The notes: generated by a model not told the origin, from the letters alone. DNA of 64,000 bases from Phycisphaerae bacterium (GCA_963675745.2 CAXXWX010000019.1:320001-384000); one strand, 5' to 3'. Positions 18,208-29,261 are shown, numbered from the stretch's first letter. Program-made: numbers and translations.

Positions 18208-19725
18208 TCACTCGGCCGGCTTCAGCCGAAGTCCCCTTGGTACAACGACACGGTCAATGAGCTCAAAGAGCCCCTGCACCAAAAGCGCCAGGACGGCGGC
18301 CGGGATTGCGCCCTGCATGATCACGCCGTAGTCGTTGAGGCGGATGCCGGTGAAGATTGGTTCGCCGAAGCCGCCGGCGCCGATAAAGCCGCCAAGCGTT
18401 GCGAAGCCGACATTGATCACGGCTGCTGTCTTGACTCCCGCCAGAATCATGCGTGACGCCAGCGGCAGCTCGATACGCCACAGCCGTACCCAGCCGGGAA
18501 GACCAAGAGCGACGGCGGACTCCCGCAGTTGCGGCGAGATGCCGCGCAGACCGGCGTGCGTATTCCTGACAATCGGCAGCAGGGAATAGAGGAAAAGTGC
18601 CACGACCGCCTGCGGATAGCCAAGTTCGTCAGAGAAATAGCTCACCGGACGAATCAACAGCACCAGCAGCGCGATGGCGGGAATCGTCTGGATGATCCCG
18701 ACGACGCCGAGGATCGGCTGGGCGAGTTCGGCCTTGTGGGCGGCGATGATGCCGAGGGGAATCGCCACCAGCATCGCGGCCACGAGCGATACCGCCACCA
18801 TGTTCAGGTGTTCCGCGGTATAGCGTGCGATATCGCGCGCGATGCTCTGATCTCGCACGTGAGACTGAATCCCCTTCGCATCTGCCAGGAAATCCGCAGC
18901 GACCTGGCTTTCGCTCTGCCGGTCGAGCTCCACCCGTGCGTTCATGTTCATCATCGCCGTTTCGTCAATCGTGGCCTCCAGGGCGTGGAGCGCGGCGACG
19001 ACCTCTGGCGCTCGTTGCTCCAGTTCGGCGCGATAGACGAAGACGGCGTGGTATTTCGGGAAGTGCTCGAGATCGTCCTCAAGCCGTCGCAGTTCGAGCT
19101 TGCGGATCTTCGCGTCGGTCGCGTACAGGTCGGTGACCTGAATCACGCCGTTGTCGAGCGCTTCGTAGGCCAGCGCGTGTTCGAGCCCGCGCACGTCTTG
19201 ATGGGGCAGTCGATAGCGTTGAGCGAGTGCGTCCCAGCCGTCGGCACGCTTCATGAACTCATTGCTGAAACGGAGCGTGAGCTCGGGATGATCGCGCAGG
19301 TCGCTGATACTGCGGATTCCCAGCTTGGCGGCGAGCTCTTCCTTCATCCCGATGACGTAGGTGTTGTTGAAGCCGAGCGGATCGGTCATCCTGAGGCCGG
19401 ACTCGGCCAGCTTCTTACGAAGCGCTGCTACGCCGCGAACATCCTGGCCGGCAAAGATCTCCTCGCTCATTGTGCCGGTGTACTCGGGGTAAATGTCGAT
19501 CTGCCCCGCCAGCAGCGCCTCCCAGAGCAGCCGGGTGCCTCCCAGTCCTCTGGCGTGTTCCGCCGGGAGTCCTTCGTTTTCCACAAGATGGGCGGCAATC
19601 TCTGCCAGGATGACAGATTCGGTAAATGATTTCGAGCCGATATGCACCGGCTCCGGATCGCCGGCGAACGCCGGGCTCAATAGAGCGACGAGGATACAAA
19701 TCGCAGCGTTTCGTTGCCGGTTCAC
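18208..19725 (-). CDS. Osmoprotectant (glycine betaine/choline-type) ABC transporter, fused substrate-binding protein + permease
   Basis: Signal peptide, IGSKSFTES, YPEYTGT, GFNNTY, EF..RADG and FPKY. The C-terminal permease carries QTIPAIALL and an ESAVALG (EAA) loop. Confidence 0.9.
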   Translation of the reverse strand: MNRQRNAAICILVALLSPAFAGDPEPVHIGSKSFTESVILAEIAAHLVENEGLPAEHARGLGGTRLLWEALLAGQIDIYPEYTGTMSEEIFAGQDVRGVAALRKKLAESGLRMTDPLGFNNTYVIGMKEELAAKLGIRSISDLRDHPELTLRFSNEFMKRADGWDALAQRYRLPHQDVRGLEHALAYEALDNGVIQVTDLYATDAKIRKLELRRLEDDLEHFPKYHAVFVYRAELEQRAPEVVAALHALEATIDETAMMNMNARVELDRQSESQVAADFLADAKGIQSHVRDQSIARDIARYTAEHLNMVAVSLVAAMLVAIPLGIIAAHKAELAQPILGVVGIIQTIPAIALLVLLIRPVSYFSDELGYPQAVVALFLYSLLPIVRNTHAGLRGISPQLRESAVALGLPGWVRLWRIELPLASRMILAGVKTAAVINVGFATLGGFIGAGGFGEPIFTGIRLNDYGVIMQGAIPAAVLALLVQGLFELIDRVVVPRGLRLKPAE

Positions 19726-20474
19726 TGAGCTGCCCCCTGGGGCGCTTCCAGTGGGCTGCGCTGTGCATTGGCGAACTCGGTGACAAACGCGTCGGCCGGC
19801 GAATCGAGCAGATCACGAAACGATCCCAGTTGCACGATGCGTCCCGAGCGCATCAGGACAATCGTATCGCCGAAATAGCCGGCCTCGCCCAGATCGTGCG
19901 TAACCATGACGACTGTCTTTCTCAGCGTGCGGAAGATCGAGCGCAACTCCATTTGCAGCGTGCTGCGGATCATGGGGTCGAGCGCGCCCAGCGGCTCGTC
20001 CATCAGCAGCACATCCGGATCGAGCATGAGCGCCCGCATCAGGCTGACCCGCTGACGTTGCCCGCCGGAGAGTTGGGCCGGATATCGATCGAGTCCGCCC
20101 GCCGGGAAGTGCGTCAACTCGATCAGTTCTTCGAGACGGCGCGCGATGCGCTGTGCATCCCACCTGAGGTAACGCGCAACGAGAGCGACGTTGCCGCGCG
20201 CGGTCAGATGCGGAAACAACCCGCCATCCTGAATCACGTATCCCATCTTGCGGCGCAGCAGTAGAGCGCTCTCTGGAGTGAGCGTCTCTTCTTCGAACCG
20301 GACCTGCCCGGTATCGGGCAGGGCGAGCCCGATCATCAGACGCAGCAGCGTGGACTTGCCGCAACCGCTCGGCCCGATGAGGACGGTGGTTCGGCCGGGC
20401 TCGATCGTCAGGTCGAGTGCGTCCAGCGCCTTGACCGTGCCGAACCGCTTCGAGATGTTACGGAGTTCAAACAT
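19722..20474 (-). CDS. Osmoprotectant ABC transporter ATP-binding subunit
   Basis: GPSGCGKST, GYVIQDGGLFPH, LSGGQRQR and LLMDEPLGALD; 4-nt overlap with the permease gene. Confidence 0.93.
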   Translation of the reverse strand: MFELRNISKRFGTVKALDALDLTIEPGRTTVLIGPSGCGKSTLLRLMIGLALPDTGQVRFEEETLTPESALLLRRKMGYVIQDGGLFPHLTARGNVALVARYLRWDAQRIARRLEELIELTHFPAGGLDRYPAQLSGGQRQRVSLMRALMLDPDVLLMDEPLGALDPMIRSTLQMELRSIFRTLRKTVVMVTHDLGEAGYFGDTIVLMRSGRIVQLGSFRDLLDSPADAFVTEFANAQRSPLEAPQGAAQ

Positions 20475-20566
20475 GACGCGCCCCGGCCCGGGCCTGGCGA
20501 GGCTGCGTCGCGGATTGCCGCCGGCGCGCGATAGCAGAGGGTGATCGCTGTGACATGCAGGTTGCC

Positions 20567-20881
20567 CTAATCGTCGTCGCCATTGGCACCGTTGAAGTTA
20601 TCGCCGCGCTCGTCAATCTCGCCGCACTCAATCGCCTCAACGGTGTCGACAAGCCACTCGAGGTCACCGGCCTCCATATCCAACTCGACTCGCAGAACTA
20701 CGAGATCCTCTTCGTGTCCTGTCGCAGTGGCGAGGTCCCACTCGTGACTTCCGCGAACGACTTCCTCCTCGTCTGTGGTCGTATCGACGGCAATGACAAC
20801 ATCCACCTCCGCGAGTAACTCGCCGGCGTCGCTTGCGCGCAGCTCGTCAATCGAGATTGTCGTGCCGTCCAGATCACTCAC
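20567..20881 (-). CDS. Small acidic hypothetical protein
   Basis: 104 aa, very D/E-rich; 4-nt overlap with the upstream methyltransferase. Confidence 0.65.
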   Translation of the reverse strand: MSDLDGTTISIDELRASDAGELLAEVDVVIAVDTTTDEEEVVRGSHEWDLATATGHEEDLVVLRVELDMEAGDLEWLVDTVEAIECGEIDERGDNFNGANGDDD

Positions 20882-21723
20882 GGCACGTCTACCGCATGAG
20901 CGTTTGCTTCCGCCTGACGTACCGCTTCCTCCGGCACGTCACGGTGTTTGACCCCGACGATCGCCACGTAGTGGAGTGGGTGGCGATCTGTGGCCAGGCG
21001 GTGCTGGTAGCGTTGGCGCCGCCGTACTTCCAGCGTGCCATCATCCACCATGGCCCGCACGAGACCGGAAAAGCCGGAAGGATCTCCGTTCGTCAGAAAG
21101 TCCTCCTTGATGTTGAAGGCAACCCACCCTCCCGGCTTGATCAGATTGAACGCGGACACGAAAGCCGAAACAGGAATGTCACCAAAGCCGAGAGCGGCGA
21201 CACACGCCAACGCGTTGAAGCGGTAACCGGCCAGCTCTCGTCGCTGCCCATCACTCAGGTCGGTCATGTCAACCACGTGATAGTTGTCGTACAGCCCTGG
21301 GCGGTCGCGTTCTGTGGCCTCGGCGGCCTCGTCGATGATGTCGACGCCGACGATGGAGTCAGCTCCCATATCGGCGAGTTCCTCACCGACCATGCCGTTA
21401 CCCGCCCCGAGGTCGAGCACGCGCAAGTCCTCCGCGGACGCGTCGGCATCCGAGGCCAATTCGGCTTCCAGCAGCTTGCGCACGACATTCGGTGAATCAC
21501 AGCGCAGAATGTCGTAGATGATCTTCTCGTAAAGCCCCGGGACCGCGAAAAGCTCGTCGTAGTCGTGGAATCGGATTTGACGCCATTCGTCGTCCACGCG
21601 GACAACGCACCATTCCGCATCCTGCGTCATGGACAGGCTCGGCTCAGGCAAGGCTACCTGAAGTCTGCCGTTTGTGCGGGTTGAAGCTTGTCTTTCGGAT
21701 GTCTGGGTTACACAACTCGTCAT
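20878..21723 (-). CDS. Class I SAM-dependent methyltransferase
   Basis: Motif I VLDLGAGNG, GVDI and LIKPGG. Confidence 0.88.
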   Translation of the reverse strand: MTSCVTQTSERQASTRTNGRLQVALPEPSLSMTQDAEWCVVRVDDEWRQIRFHDYDELFAVPGLYEKIIYDILRCDSPNVVRKLLEAELASDADASAEDLRVLDLGAGNGMVGEELADMGADSIVGVDIIDEAAEATERDRPGLYDNYHVVDMTDLSDGQRRELAGYRFNALACVAALGFGDIPVSAFVSAFNLIKPGGWVAFNIKEDFLTNGDPSGFSGLVRAMVDDGTLEVRRRQRYQHRLATDRHPLHYVAIVGVKHRDVPEEAVRQAEANAHAVDVP

Positions 21724-21757
21724 GAATACAGCACTCCGTTTCTTACTTCTATTAACA

Positions 21758-22348
21758 TCACTGTTGTTGGTTTGGATTCGTCCCGCCCTTCTGCTGCTTG
21801 GGCAGCGCCAGGGCTTCCGCCGCTACTTCCGTGGAGATTGTCTCGGCTTGCGTTCCCGCGGTTCGCGGGTCCACAGGCCCAGCCACCAGCAGCGGCGATG
21901 CGTCGAGCATTTCGACGTCCATCATCTCCGCGATTCGCTGGAGCGACGCCAACGTCTGAAATCGCTCCCAGTCCTTCAGTTTCGCGAGCTCCGTATGGAA
22001 CCGGTCCTGCAACAAGGAAGGCGCTCTCTCGAGTAGGTCTCGTCCGGCCGGCGTGATCGTGATGTTGACGCTGCGACCGTCCTGCCGGTGGCGTGATCGC
22101 TCGACGTGGCCGGCTCGTTCCAAACGTTGGACGATGCCGGTCAGCGTCGGCTGGCCGAGATGAAGGGCCCGCGCCAGCGCCCCGATCGAGCAATCCCCGA
22201 GACGCTCCGCGGCCCGCAATGTGGCGAGCTGTGGCCACGTCAGGCCGACTTCATGCACGAGGTGGCGAGAGTGCAGATCCACCGCTCTGATGATCCGCCG
22301 CAGCGCTGCAACGATCTCGTCCTCGACTGTCAAGGGATTGCTCACCAT
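21758..22348 (-). CDS. MarR-family regulator, EctR-like
   Basis: ALRRIIRAVDLHSR..GLT.PQL, a wHTH (LGQPTLTGIVQRLE...DGR) and the APSLLQDRF...SLQRIAEMM...ASPLL tail typical of EctR-type regulators. Confidence 0.85.
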   Translation of the reverse strand: MVSNPLTVEDEIVAALRRIIRAVDLHSRHLVHEVGLTWPQLATLRAAERLGDCSIGALARALHLGQPTLTGIVQRLERAGHVERSRHRQDGRSVNITITPAGRDLLERAPSLLQDRFHTELAKLKDWERFQTLASLQRIAEMMDVEMLDASPLLVAGPVDPRTAGTQAETISTEVAAEALALPKQQKGGTNPNQQQ

Positions 22349-22381
22349 CCACTAGGCCTCACGAGATTAGATTGAACTAGA

Positions 22382-22410
22382 ACTATATCCCCCTTTCTAC
22401 AAACATGCAA
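22382..22410 (-). promoter_or_regulatory. Sigma70-type promoter for the EctR-like operon
   Basis: The minus strand reads TTGCAT-N17-TATAGT in an AT-rich patch ~35 bp upstream of the MarR ATG. Confidence 0.6.
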
Positions 22411-22668
22411 GCCGGCGGCGGGCGCGACGCGGTGATCATAATTGCCGATATATCATATTGTTACATTGCGTAGCCGGGCCGGGGGCCAGCCATGCTGTCC
22501 GCGATTGATTTTTTCAATAGAATGGAGCGTGCGCCCTGGCGCGGCCGTCTCCGCGGTAAGAACGGCCGGCCTGGGAGCGATGTGCCCCGGTGAAGTCGGC
22601 CGGATTCCTCGGGGGATTGCGATCCGCGCTAGCTTGACGGGTTCCTCTGCGGCCTTAAGTTGAGCACC

Positions 22669-23793
22669 ATGAAACGCCTTCTGATCGTAGTTGCGCTGGC
22701 AGTGGTCATCGTGGGGGCACTTGTGTGGAGCCAGTCTCACACCGGTCCCTTCTTCGTGTCCGGCTTCATCGAGTCACACCAGATCAGGGTGGGGTCACGC
22801 GTGGGTGGCCGTGTCAAGACGGTGCACGTGGCGGAGGGGCAGGCCGTCGCTGCGAACGACCTGCTTCTTGAGTTGGAGCCGTACGATCAGCGCGAACGGC
22901 TGGCCGAGGCCGAGGCCGCGTTGAGAGCCAGGGAGGCGCTGCTGGCCAAGCTTGTGGCTGGTCCTCGTAAGGAGGAGATTGGCGGCGCGCAGGCCGCACG
23001 CGATCGGGCGCAGGCCGCGCTTGACAAGGCGGTCGCCGGACCGCGACCGCTGGAGATTCAGATTGCCGCGGACGTGTTGGCGCGGGCGACGGCCGAATTG
23101 GTCAAGGCTCAGCAAGACTATGCGCGCGTCAAGAAGCTGTTCGACGATGGACAAGCCGCCGAGGAGGAGATGAACGCCGGCACGCGCGGATTGGCGGTCG
23201 CTGAGGCGAATGAAGCCCAGGCTCGTGACGAACTCGCCCTGCTGCGCGCGGGCACGCGCGCGGAAGACATTGCCGAAGCGCGGGCCCGCCTGGCGGAGGC
23301 GCAGCACACGCTGGACTTGCTCGATTCCGGCACACGTCAGGAGGACATCACCGAGGCGGAAGCGACGGTTGCCGCGGCGCGGGCCGCGGTGGCTGTGATC
23401 CAGCGGCAGCTTTCCGAGCTGACCGTGCGGGCGCCCCTCGACAGCGTGGTCGAGGCGGTGGACCTGCGTCCCGGCGATCTGATCGCGCCCAATGCCCCGG
23501 TCATCGCGCTGAACGATCCGTCCGAGCTGTGGGTCCGCGCTTATGTGCCCGAGGATCGGCTCGATCTTGAACTGGGGCAGTCGGTTGCCGTGCGTGTCGA
23601 TTCGTTTCCCGACCATCGCTTCGCCGGACACATTGCTTTCATCTCGCGCCACGCTGAGTTCACACCTTCCAACATCCAGACTCCAGAGGAGCGCAGCAAA
23701 CAGGTGTTTCGCATCAAGGTCGTGTTAGACGATGGGCGCGACGTGCTGCGGGCCGGCATGGCTGCGGACGTGTTCCTGGAGACGTCGGAATGA
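22669..23793 (+). CDS. HlyD-family periplasmic adaptor (YbhG-like)
   Basis: N-terminal TM, VGSRVGGRV..VHVAEGQ, a coiled coil, and AEFTPSNIQT..ER...VFRIKV. Confidence 0.92.
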   Translation: MKRLLIVVALAVVIVGALVWSQSHTGPFFVSGFIESHQIRVGSRVGGRVKTVHVAEGQAVAANDLLLELEPYDQRERLAEAEAALRAREALLAKLVAGPRKEEIGGAQAARDRAQAALDKAVAGPRPLEIQIAADVLARATAELVKAQQDYARVKKLFDDGQAAEEEMNAGTRGLAVAEANEAQARDELALLRAGTRAEDIAEARARLAEAQHTLDLLDSGTRQEDITEAEATVAAARAAVAVIQRQLSELTVRAPLDSVVEAVDLRPGDLIAPNAPVIALNDPSELWVRAYVPEDRLDLELGQSVAVRVDSFPDHRFAGHIAFISRHAEFTPSNIQTPEERSKQVFRIKVVLDDGRDVLRAGMAADVFLETSE

Positions 23794-24749
23794 CCGCAGT
23801 CAATCCGGTGGTCATTGAGGCCAACGGGCTGACACGCCGGTTTGGCGATTTTACCGCCGTGCGCGAGGTCACTTTCCAGGTTGCCAAGGCGGCGATCTTC
23901 GGTTTCCTCGGCCCGAACGGCAGCGGCAAGTCAACCGTGATCCGTATGTTATGTGGCGTGCTGCGGCCTACCGATGGCCACGGGCGCGTGTTGGGGTATG
24001 ACGTTGAGCGCGAGGCCGAGGCGATCAAACGCCGTATCGGCTACATGTCGCAGAAATTCAGCTTGTATGCCGACCTCAGCGTAAACGAGAACATGGACTT
24101 CTACGGTCGCATCTACGGCCTGAGCCGCGCGCGGTTGCGGAGCCGAAAGGAGGAGCTCTATGACCTGTGTGGCATCCGGCCGTTCGCACCGCGGCTGGCG
24201 GGGAAGCTCTCCGGCGGCTGGAAACAGCGGCTGGCGCTGGCGTGCGCGCTGATTCACGAACCCGAAGTGCTGTTTCTCGATGAACCGACAGCGGGCATCG
24301 ATCCGGTCGCACGCCGCGAGCTGTGGGATCTGCTGTTCGAGCTTTCGGGGCGCGGCGTGACGCTCTTTGTCACGACGCACTACATGGACGAGGCGGAGCG
24401 CTGCTCGCAAGTCGGCTATATCTACCTGTCACGCCTGATTGTCAGCGGCAAGCCGGCCCGGCTGAAGGAGCTGGATACGGTCACGCCGCAGGGCATGCGG
24501 CGGGTGGAAATCGCGTGTCCGCAGCCGACCACCGTTTTGCAGCGGTTGCGCGCGCTCGCCGGCGTGCGCGACGCGACACTGTTCGGCGAGATGCTGCACG
24601 TGCTGGTTGACAACCAGCTCACCGATGCGGCGCTGATCGAGGCCAGCGGGCAGGATGCCGCGGCTGTCGCGGTGCGGCCCATCGCGCCCACGCTTGAAGA
24701 CGTCTTTGTCACGCTCAGCCGCAGCGAAACGGAACGGAGCCGGTCGTGA
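23790..24749 (+). CDS. ABC transporter ATP-binding protein (YbhF-like, single NBD)
   Basis: GPNGSGKST, YMSQKFSLY, LSGGWKQR, DEPTAGIDP and THYMDEAE. Confidence 0.93.
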   Translation: MTAVNPVVIEANGLTRRFGDFTAVREVTFQVAKAAIFGFLGPNGSGKSTVIRMLCGVLRPTDGHGRVLGYDVEREAEAIKRRIGYMSQKFSLYADLSVNENMDFYGRIYGLSRARLRSRKEELYDLCGIRPFAPRLAGKLSGGWKQRLALACALIHEPEVLFLDEPTAGIDPVARRELWDLLFELSGRGVTLFVTTHYMDEAERCSQVGYIYLSRLIVSGKPARLKELDTVTPQGMRRVEIACPQPTTVLQRLRALAGVRDATLFGEMLHVLVDNQLTDAALIEASGQDAAAVAVRPIAPTLEDVFVTLSRSETERSRS

Positions 24750-25891
24750 GTGGATTGCTGGCGGTATTGCTGAAGGAGTTCGCGCACATCCGCCGCGAGC
24801 CGGCGACGCTGGTCTTCGCATTTATCATACCGGTCTTTCAGCTCACGATCTTCGGCTATGCCATCAACACGACAATCGAGGATATCCACACCGTCGTCTA
24901 CAACCTGGACGGGCGCCAGGATAGCCGTGAACTGGTCGCGGCGTTTGAGAACTCGCGGAAGTTCAAAGTCGTCGGGCAAGTGTTCAGCGAGGAGGCTTTC
25001 GAGCGTGCCATGGCGTCTGGTCGCGCGAAAGTCGGTATCAAGATCCCGCCCGACTACACGGGGCGCCTGCTTCGTGGCCGTCAGGCAACCGTGCAGGTTC
25101 TGATCGACGGCAGCGACTCTCAGGTGGCGACGACCGCGCTCAACAGTGCGGCCCTGCTGGGATTGAACCGCTCGCTGGCGCGCGGCTTTGCATACGCCGA
25201 GGCGCGGCAGGCGGCGGTGGCGCGTGATCCGGCCGGTCGACTGGCCCTGCCGATCGAGGTGCGTCCGCGGCTGCTCTACAACCCGAACCTGGAGAGTGCG
25301 CACTTTTTCGTGCCCGGGCTGATCGGGATCATCATGCAGCTCGTGACGTTGTTCCTCACCTCGTTTGCGATCGTCCGCGAGCGTGAGCTGGGTACGCTTG
25401 AACAGCTTTTTGTCACCCCGGTGGGGCGCGCCGGACTCATGCTGGGCAAGCTGATTCCGTACGCGCTGATCGGCTTTGTGGAGACCCTGATCGTGTTGGC
25501 GGTGATGGTCTTCGGCTTTGACGTTCCGATCCGTGGCGATCTGGTGCTTCTGTTGCTGCTATCGGTGCTCTTCCTGTTCACGGCCTTGGGACTCGGCTTG
25601 CTGGTCTCGACCCTGGCCAAGACGCAGCTTCAGGCCATCCAATTTGCGTTCATCATCATGTTGCCATCGATCCTGCTATCGGGATTCGTGTTTCCACGCG
25701 AGGCCATGCCGACGCCGATGTACCTGCTCAGTTTTGCGATCCCCGTGACGTATTTCATAGAGATTCTGCGGGGGATCATCCTGCGCTCCGCCACGTTTGT
25801 GGACCTGATGCCGCACATACTCGGGCTGGTGATTTGCTGTGTGCTCGCATTGGCGCTGAGCATCGCGCGCTTTCGGAAGCAATTGGATTAA
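24746..25891 (+). CDS. ABC-2 type permease (YbhS/YbhR-like)
   Basis: YNPNLES..FFVPGL, IVRERELGTLEQL and LSGFVFP. Confidence 0.92.
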   Translation: MSGLLAVLLKEFAHIRREPATLVFAFIIPVFQLTIFGYAINTTIEDIHTVVYNLDGRQDSRELVAAFENSRKFKVVGQVFSEEAFERAMASGRAKVGIKIPPDYTGRLLRGRQATVQVLIDGSDSQVATTALNSAALLGLNRSLARGFAYAEARQAAVARDPAGRLALPIEVRPRLLYNPNLESAHFFVPGLIGIIMQLVTLFLTSFAIVRERELGTLEQLFVTPVGRAGLMLGKLIPYALIGFVETLIVLAVMVFGFDVPIRGDLVLLLLLSVLFLFTALGLGLLVSTLAKTQLQAIQFAFIIMLPSILLSGFVFPREAMPTPMYLLSFAIPVTYFIEILRGIILRSATFVDLMPHILGLVICCVLALALSIARFRKQLD

Positions 25892-25926
25892 GCGCGTGCT
25901 GGTCGCCGTCAGATACGGTGCGGCGG

Positions 25927-27960
25927 CTACGGATGATCCACGCCGGCTGGAGCGCGTGACATGTGTACCGTGAAGGTTGTCCCGCGACCGACCTCGCTTT
26001 CCACTTCCAGCCGCCCGCCGTGATTCGCCATCAGCCGGCAGGCAACGGCGAGCCCCAGGCCGGTGCCCTTGCCGGGTTCCTTGGTTGTGAAGAACGGATC
26101 AAAGATGGATTCGCGGAGCTGCTCGGGAATGCCGCAGCCGGTGTCAGTGACGCGCACGAAGACCTCATCTACCTCGGCATCGTGGCCGGTTTCGACGGTA
26201 AGCGTGCCATGCTCGTCCATGGCGTCGGCGGCGTTGACAAAGAGGTTGACGAAGACCTGCTGCATCTGTGATTCATCCGCGACAACAGCGGGTCTCTCCG
26301 GATCATAGACCCGCACAATGCGGATGTTCTGGAAGCTGGCCTGCTTTTCGAGCAGGGCCAGCGTCCGCTCCACGACGCCGGTGATATCGCAGCGCACCAC
26401 CTGGGCGTCGCGCTGCCGTGAGAACTCGAGTAGTTCGCGGACGATCTTGCGACAGCGATCGGCCTGGGCGACGACTTCATCGACGTCGGCCCGGAGCTGG
26501 CTGTCTTCGGGCAGCTGTTCGCGGATGAGCGAGGCGAATGTCAGAATCCCGCCGAGCGGGTTGTTGATCTCATGGGCCACGCCGGCGGCGAATCGGCCGA
26601 GCGCCGCGAGCCGTTGTTGGCGGTCGAGCGCCGCCTGCGTGTTGGCGAGCTGTTCGTTACGTTCGCGCACGCGCTCATCGAGCGCTTCGGTCCATTCCTG
26701 GGTGTGCTGTTCCAGCAGGCTGTAGCGCTCGACGTTCATCTCGTGAATACGGTCGAGCATGGCATTGAACGAGCTCGATACCAGGCCCAGCTCGCTGCGG
26801 TCCCGAACATCGACACGGCATCCCATGTCGCCCGCGATCACGCGCTGTGAGGCGGCGACGATTTCCTCGAGCGGGCGCATCAGGCTGCGCGTCAGCAAAA
26901 CCGTGACGAGCACGATGAGCGCGAAGCAGAACAGAGCGATGGCGGCGAACATCATGCTGACACGGTTGCGGACCGCCGTGTAGGTCTGCTCGCGCAGGCC
27001 GACCCCGAGCATGCCGATCCGCGCGCCCGCCAGGTCAGTGATGGGTTCGTAGGCGGCGATGTACCATTCGTCCAGCACCACCGCCGGCCCGTTCCAGTTC
27101 TCGCCGTTTTGCATGACGGCGGCGTAGACCTCCGGCGAAACTCGCGTACCAAGCGCGCGCCGCCCATCGGCGGTCACGATGTTCGTGCTGATGCGCTGCC
27201 CGTCCTGAAAGATCGTGATTACGCCCGGATAGCCGGTTGCGGGGCCCCGGCTGGACGAGACTGTGGCCGCCATGGCATCGACCATGCGCAGGCCGTTTGC
27301 ATGACCGTCCGGGTCGTCGCGATCGTTCAGCAGTTGCCCAGCGTACACCACGGCGGCCACTTGGCCGTCATCATCCATGACCGGCGCGGCGGCCAGAAGC
27401 ACCAACCCGGCTCTCGGCGGCGTCGCATCGGCCGCATCGGCGGCGAGGCTGTATCGAACGCGTTCGGCGAGGCGCGGATCTTCCGCCGCGAGGATTGCCA
27501 GTCGTACAAGAGTGGGGCCGGCGGCTGACTCGCCGCGCAGCGCACGGGCTATCGGGGCCAGCTCGGTGACGCTCCCGCCGCCGGATTCGGCTCCGGTTGT
27601 GCGCAGGATCACGTTGCCGGCGGCGTCGGCGACGGAGAGAAAGTCGATGCGGCTGCGCGTGCGGACCGCGCGCAGGTAGCGCTGCGCGGATTGCCGTTTC
27701 ACCGTGTCGAACAGCGCCGGCGCATGCTGGCGGCCGGCCAGCAGATCAACGCATTGACGCAGGGTGGCGAGGCGGTCGACGTAGATGCTGCGGACGGCGG
27801 GCAGGTCATAGTCGACCTGCCGCTGCGCCTGCTCCATCAGCGCCATTCCGGTGACGCGGATTCCTATGACGGACGTGGACACGCCCCCGACAATCAGCAC
27901 CAGCGCGTAGCTGCTGACGATGCGCCACTTGAGCGAGTGCGTCCAGGCCGGTAGTTGCAT
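25927..27960 (-). CDS. Membrane sensor histidine kinase (Cache-type periplasmic domain, HAMP, HisKA, HATPase)
   Basis: Two TM segments, RISTN...GTR Cache-like region, [26 protein letters not shown] and GTGLGL. Confidence 0.93.
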   Translation of the reverse strand: MQLPAWTHSLKWRIVSSYALVLIVGGVSTSVIGIRVTGMALMEQAQRQVDYDLPAVRSIYVDRLATLRQCVDLLAGRQHAPALFDTVKRQSAQRYLRAVRTRSRIDFLSVADAAGNVILRTTGAESGGGSVTELAPIARALRGESAAGPTLVRLAILAAEDPRLAERVRYSLAADAADATPPRAGLVLLAAAPVMDDDGQVAAVVYAGQLLNDRDDPDGHANGLRMVDAMAATVSSSRGPATGYPGVITIFQDGQRISTNIVTADGRRALGTRVSPEVYAAVMQNGENWNGPAVVLDEWYIAAYEPITDLAGARIGMLGVGLREQTYTAVRNRVSMMFAAIALFCFALIVLVTVLLTRSLMRPLEEIVAASQRVIAGDMGCRVDVRDRSELGLVSSSFNAMLDRIHEMNVERYSLLEQHTQEWTEALDERVRERNEQLANTQAALDRQQRLAALGRFAAGVAHEINNPLGGILTFASLIREQLPEDSQLRADVDEVVAQADRCRKIVRELLEFSRQRDAQVVRCDITGVVERTLALLEKQASFQNIRIVRVYDPERPAVVADESQMQQVFVNLFVNAADAMDEHGTLTVETGHDAEVDEVFVRVTDTGCGIPEQLRESIFDPFFTTKEPGKGTGLGLAVACRLMANHGGRLEVESEVGRGTTFTVHMSRAPAGVDHP

Positions 27961-27962
27961 GG

Positions 27963-29114
27963 TTACTCTGCCGCCGCGTTGCTACCAGGCCCACTCGCGC
28001 CCGCAGGCGCGTCGGCGCGTGGCAGCGACACCGTGAAGGTCGTGCCGCGTCCGGGCTCGCTGGCGACCTCGATCGAGCCGCCGAGTTCCTCCGCGATCCG
28101 CCGGCAGATCGCCAGCCCCATACCAGTGCCTCCTATGCCGGCCGTGCTGTTGTCCCGGACGCGGTAAAACTCTTCGAAGACATGCGGCAGTTGTTCCAGA
28201 TCGATCCCGATGCCGTCATCCGCAACCGCCAGCGCCACCCGGTCCGACTCCGCGCCGGCCGTCAGGGTTACGTGCCCATCCGGCCGGTTATACTTGATCG
28301 CGTTGGACACAAGGTTTGAGAGGAGCATGCGCAGCGCGGCGGCGTCGGCGGCAACCGGCGGCAAGTCCGCGGGCAGCGTGTGACTCAGCGACACCGGGCG
28401 CTGGGCTGCCGCCGCCGCGAAGTCATCCAGAATTTCGTTTACCAGCGCCGGTAACGCCACGGGTTTCGATTCGGCGGCAAGCTGGCCACTGTCGATCCTC
28501 GAGAAGGCGAGCCAGTCCGAGATAATCTGACGCATCTCGGTGATCTTCTTGCGTGAGCGGTCGATCCACTCGCGCGGCTGGGGCGCGAGGGTCTCGGCGG
28601 CCTGGTGCGTCAGCACGTCGAGGTACTGCTGCACCGCCCCCAGGGGGGACTGCAACTGGTGCGAGACAAACGTGATGAACTTGCGCGCCTGCGCCGCCTT
28701 TTCCGCGCGCAGCCGCTTGGCCTCCTGGCTGAGCCGCCAGCGTTCCGCCGCGCGGTGGATAATCGCGCGCAACTCATCCGCCACGAACGGCTTGGGAATG
28801 AAATCGTAAGCGCCGCTTTTCATGGCTTCGACGGCGGTGTTCACCGTGGCAAAGCCCGTGATGACGACCACGACAATATCCGGGTCGATCTCGCGGACGC
28901 GGTGAATTACCTCGATACCACCGATGCCCGGCATCTTGAGATCGGTAACCACAACTCCGGGGCGAATCTCCGCTACCCGTTTGAGCCCCGATTCACCATC
29001 GGGATAGGTTTCGACGGTATAGCCGACACGCGACAGAGCGGCCTCGCAGGCCCGGCGCATGGTCTGGTCGTCGTCGATGATGATGATCGGGTCGGCGCCC
29101 GCTGTGTTATCCAT
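27963..29114 (-). CDS. Hybrid receiver-histidine kinase
   Basis: Receiver motifs IIDDD, TDLKMPG and KPF, followed by SHQLQSPL, NAIKYN, DDGIG and GGTGMGL. Start moved to ATG 29114. Confidence 0.92.
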   Translation of the reverse strand: MDNTAGADPIIIIDDDQTMRRACEAALSRVGYTVETYPDGESGLKRVAEIRPGVVVTDLKMPGIGGIEVIHRVREIDPDIVVVVITGFATVNTAVEAMKSGAYDFIPKPFVADELRAIIHRAAERWRLSQEAKRLRAEKAAQARKFITFVSHQLQSPLGAVQQYLDVLTHQAAETLAPQPREWIDRSRKKITEMRQIISDWLAFSRIDSGQLAAESKPVALPALVNEILDDFAAAAAQRPVSLSHTLPADLPPVAADAAALRMLLSNLVSNAIKYNRPDGHVTLTAGAESDRVALAVADDGIGIDLEQLPHVFEEFYRVRDNSTAGIGGTGMGLAICRRIAEELGGSIEVASEPGRGTTFTVSLPRADAPAGASGPGSNAAAE

Positions 29115-29261
29115 GCCAGTGACTCCCACTGGAATCGAGCTTGACAGCGACGGAAGAACGACGCGGAAGCGTGCGTGCTTCGCGGCCCGGCAGCATGGTG
29201 CCATTACGCCGCGCGCCGGTCATGCAGGTTCGCGGCCAACCGGCAACCGTCGGGGCGGTGG

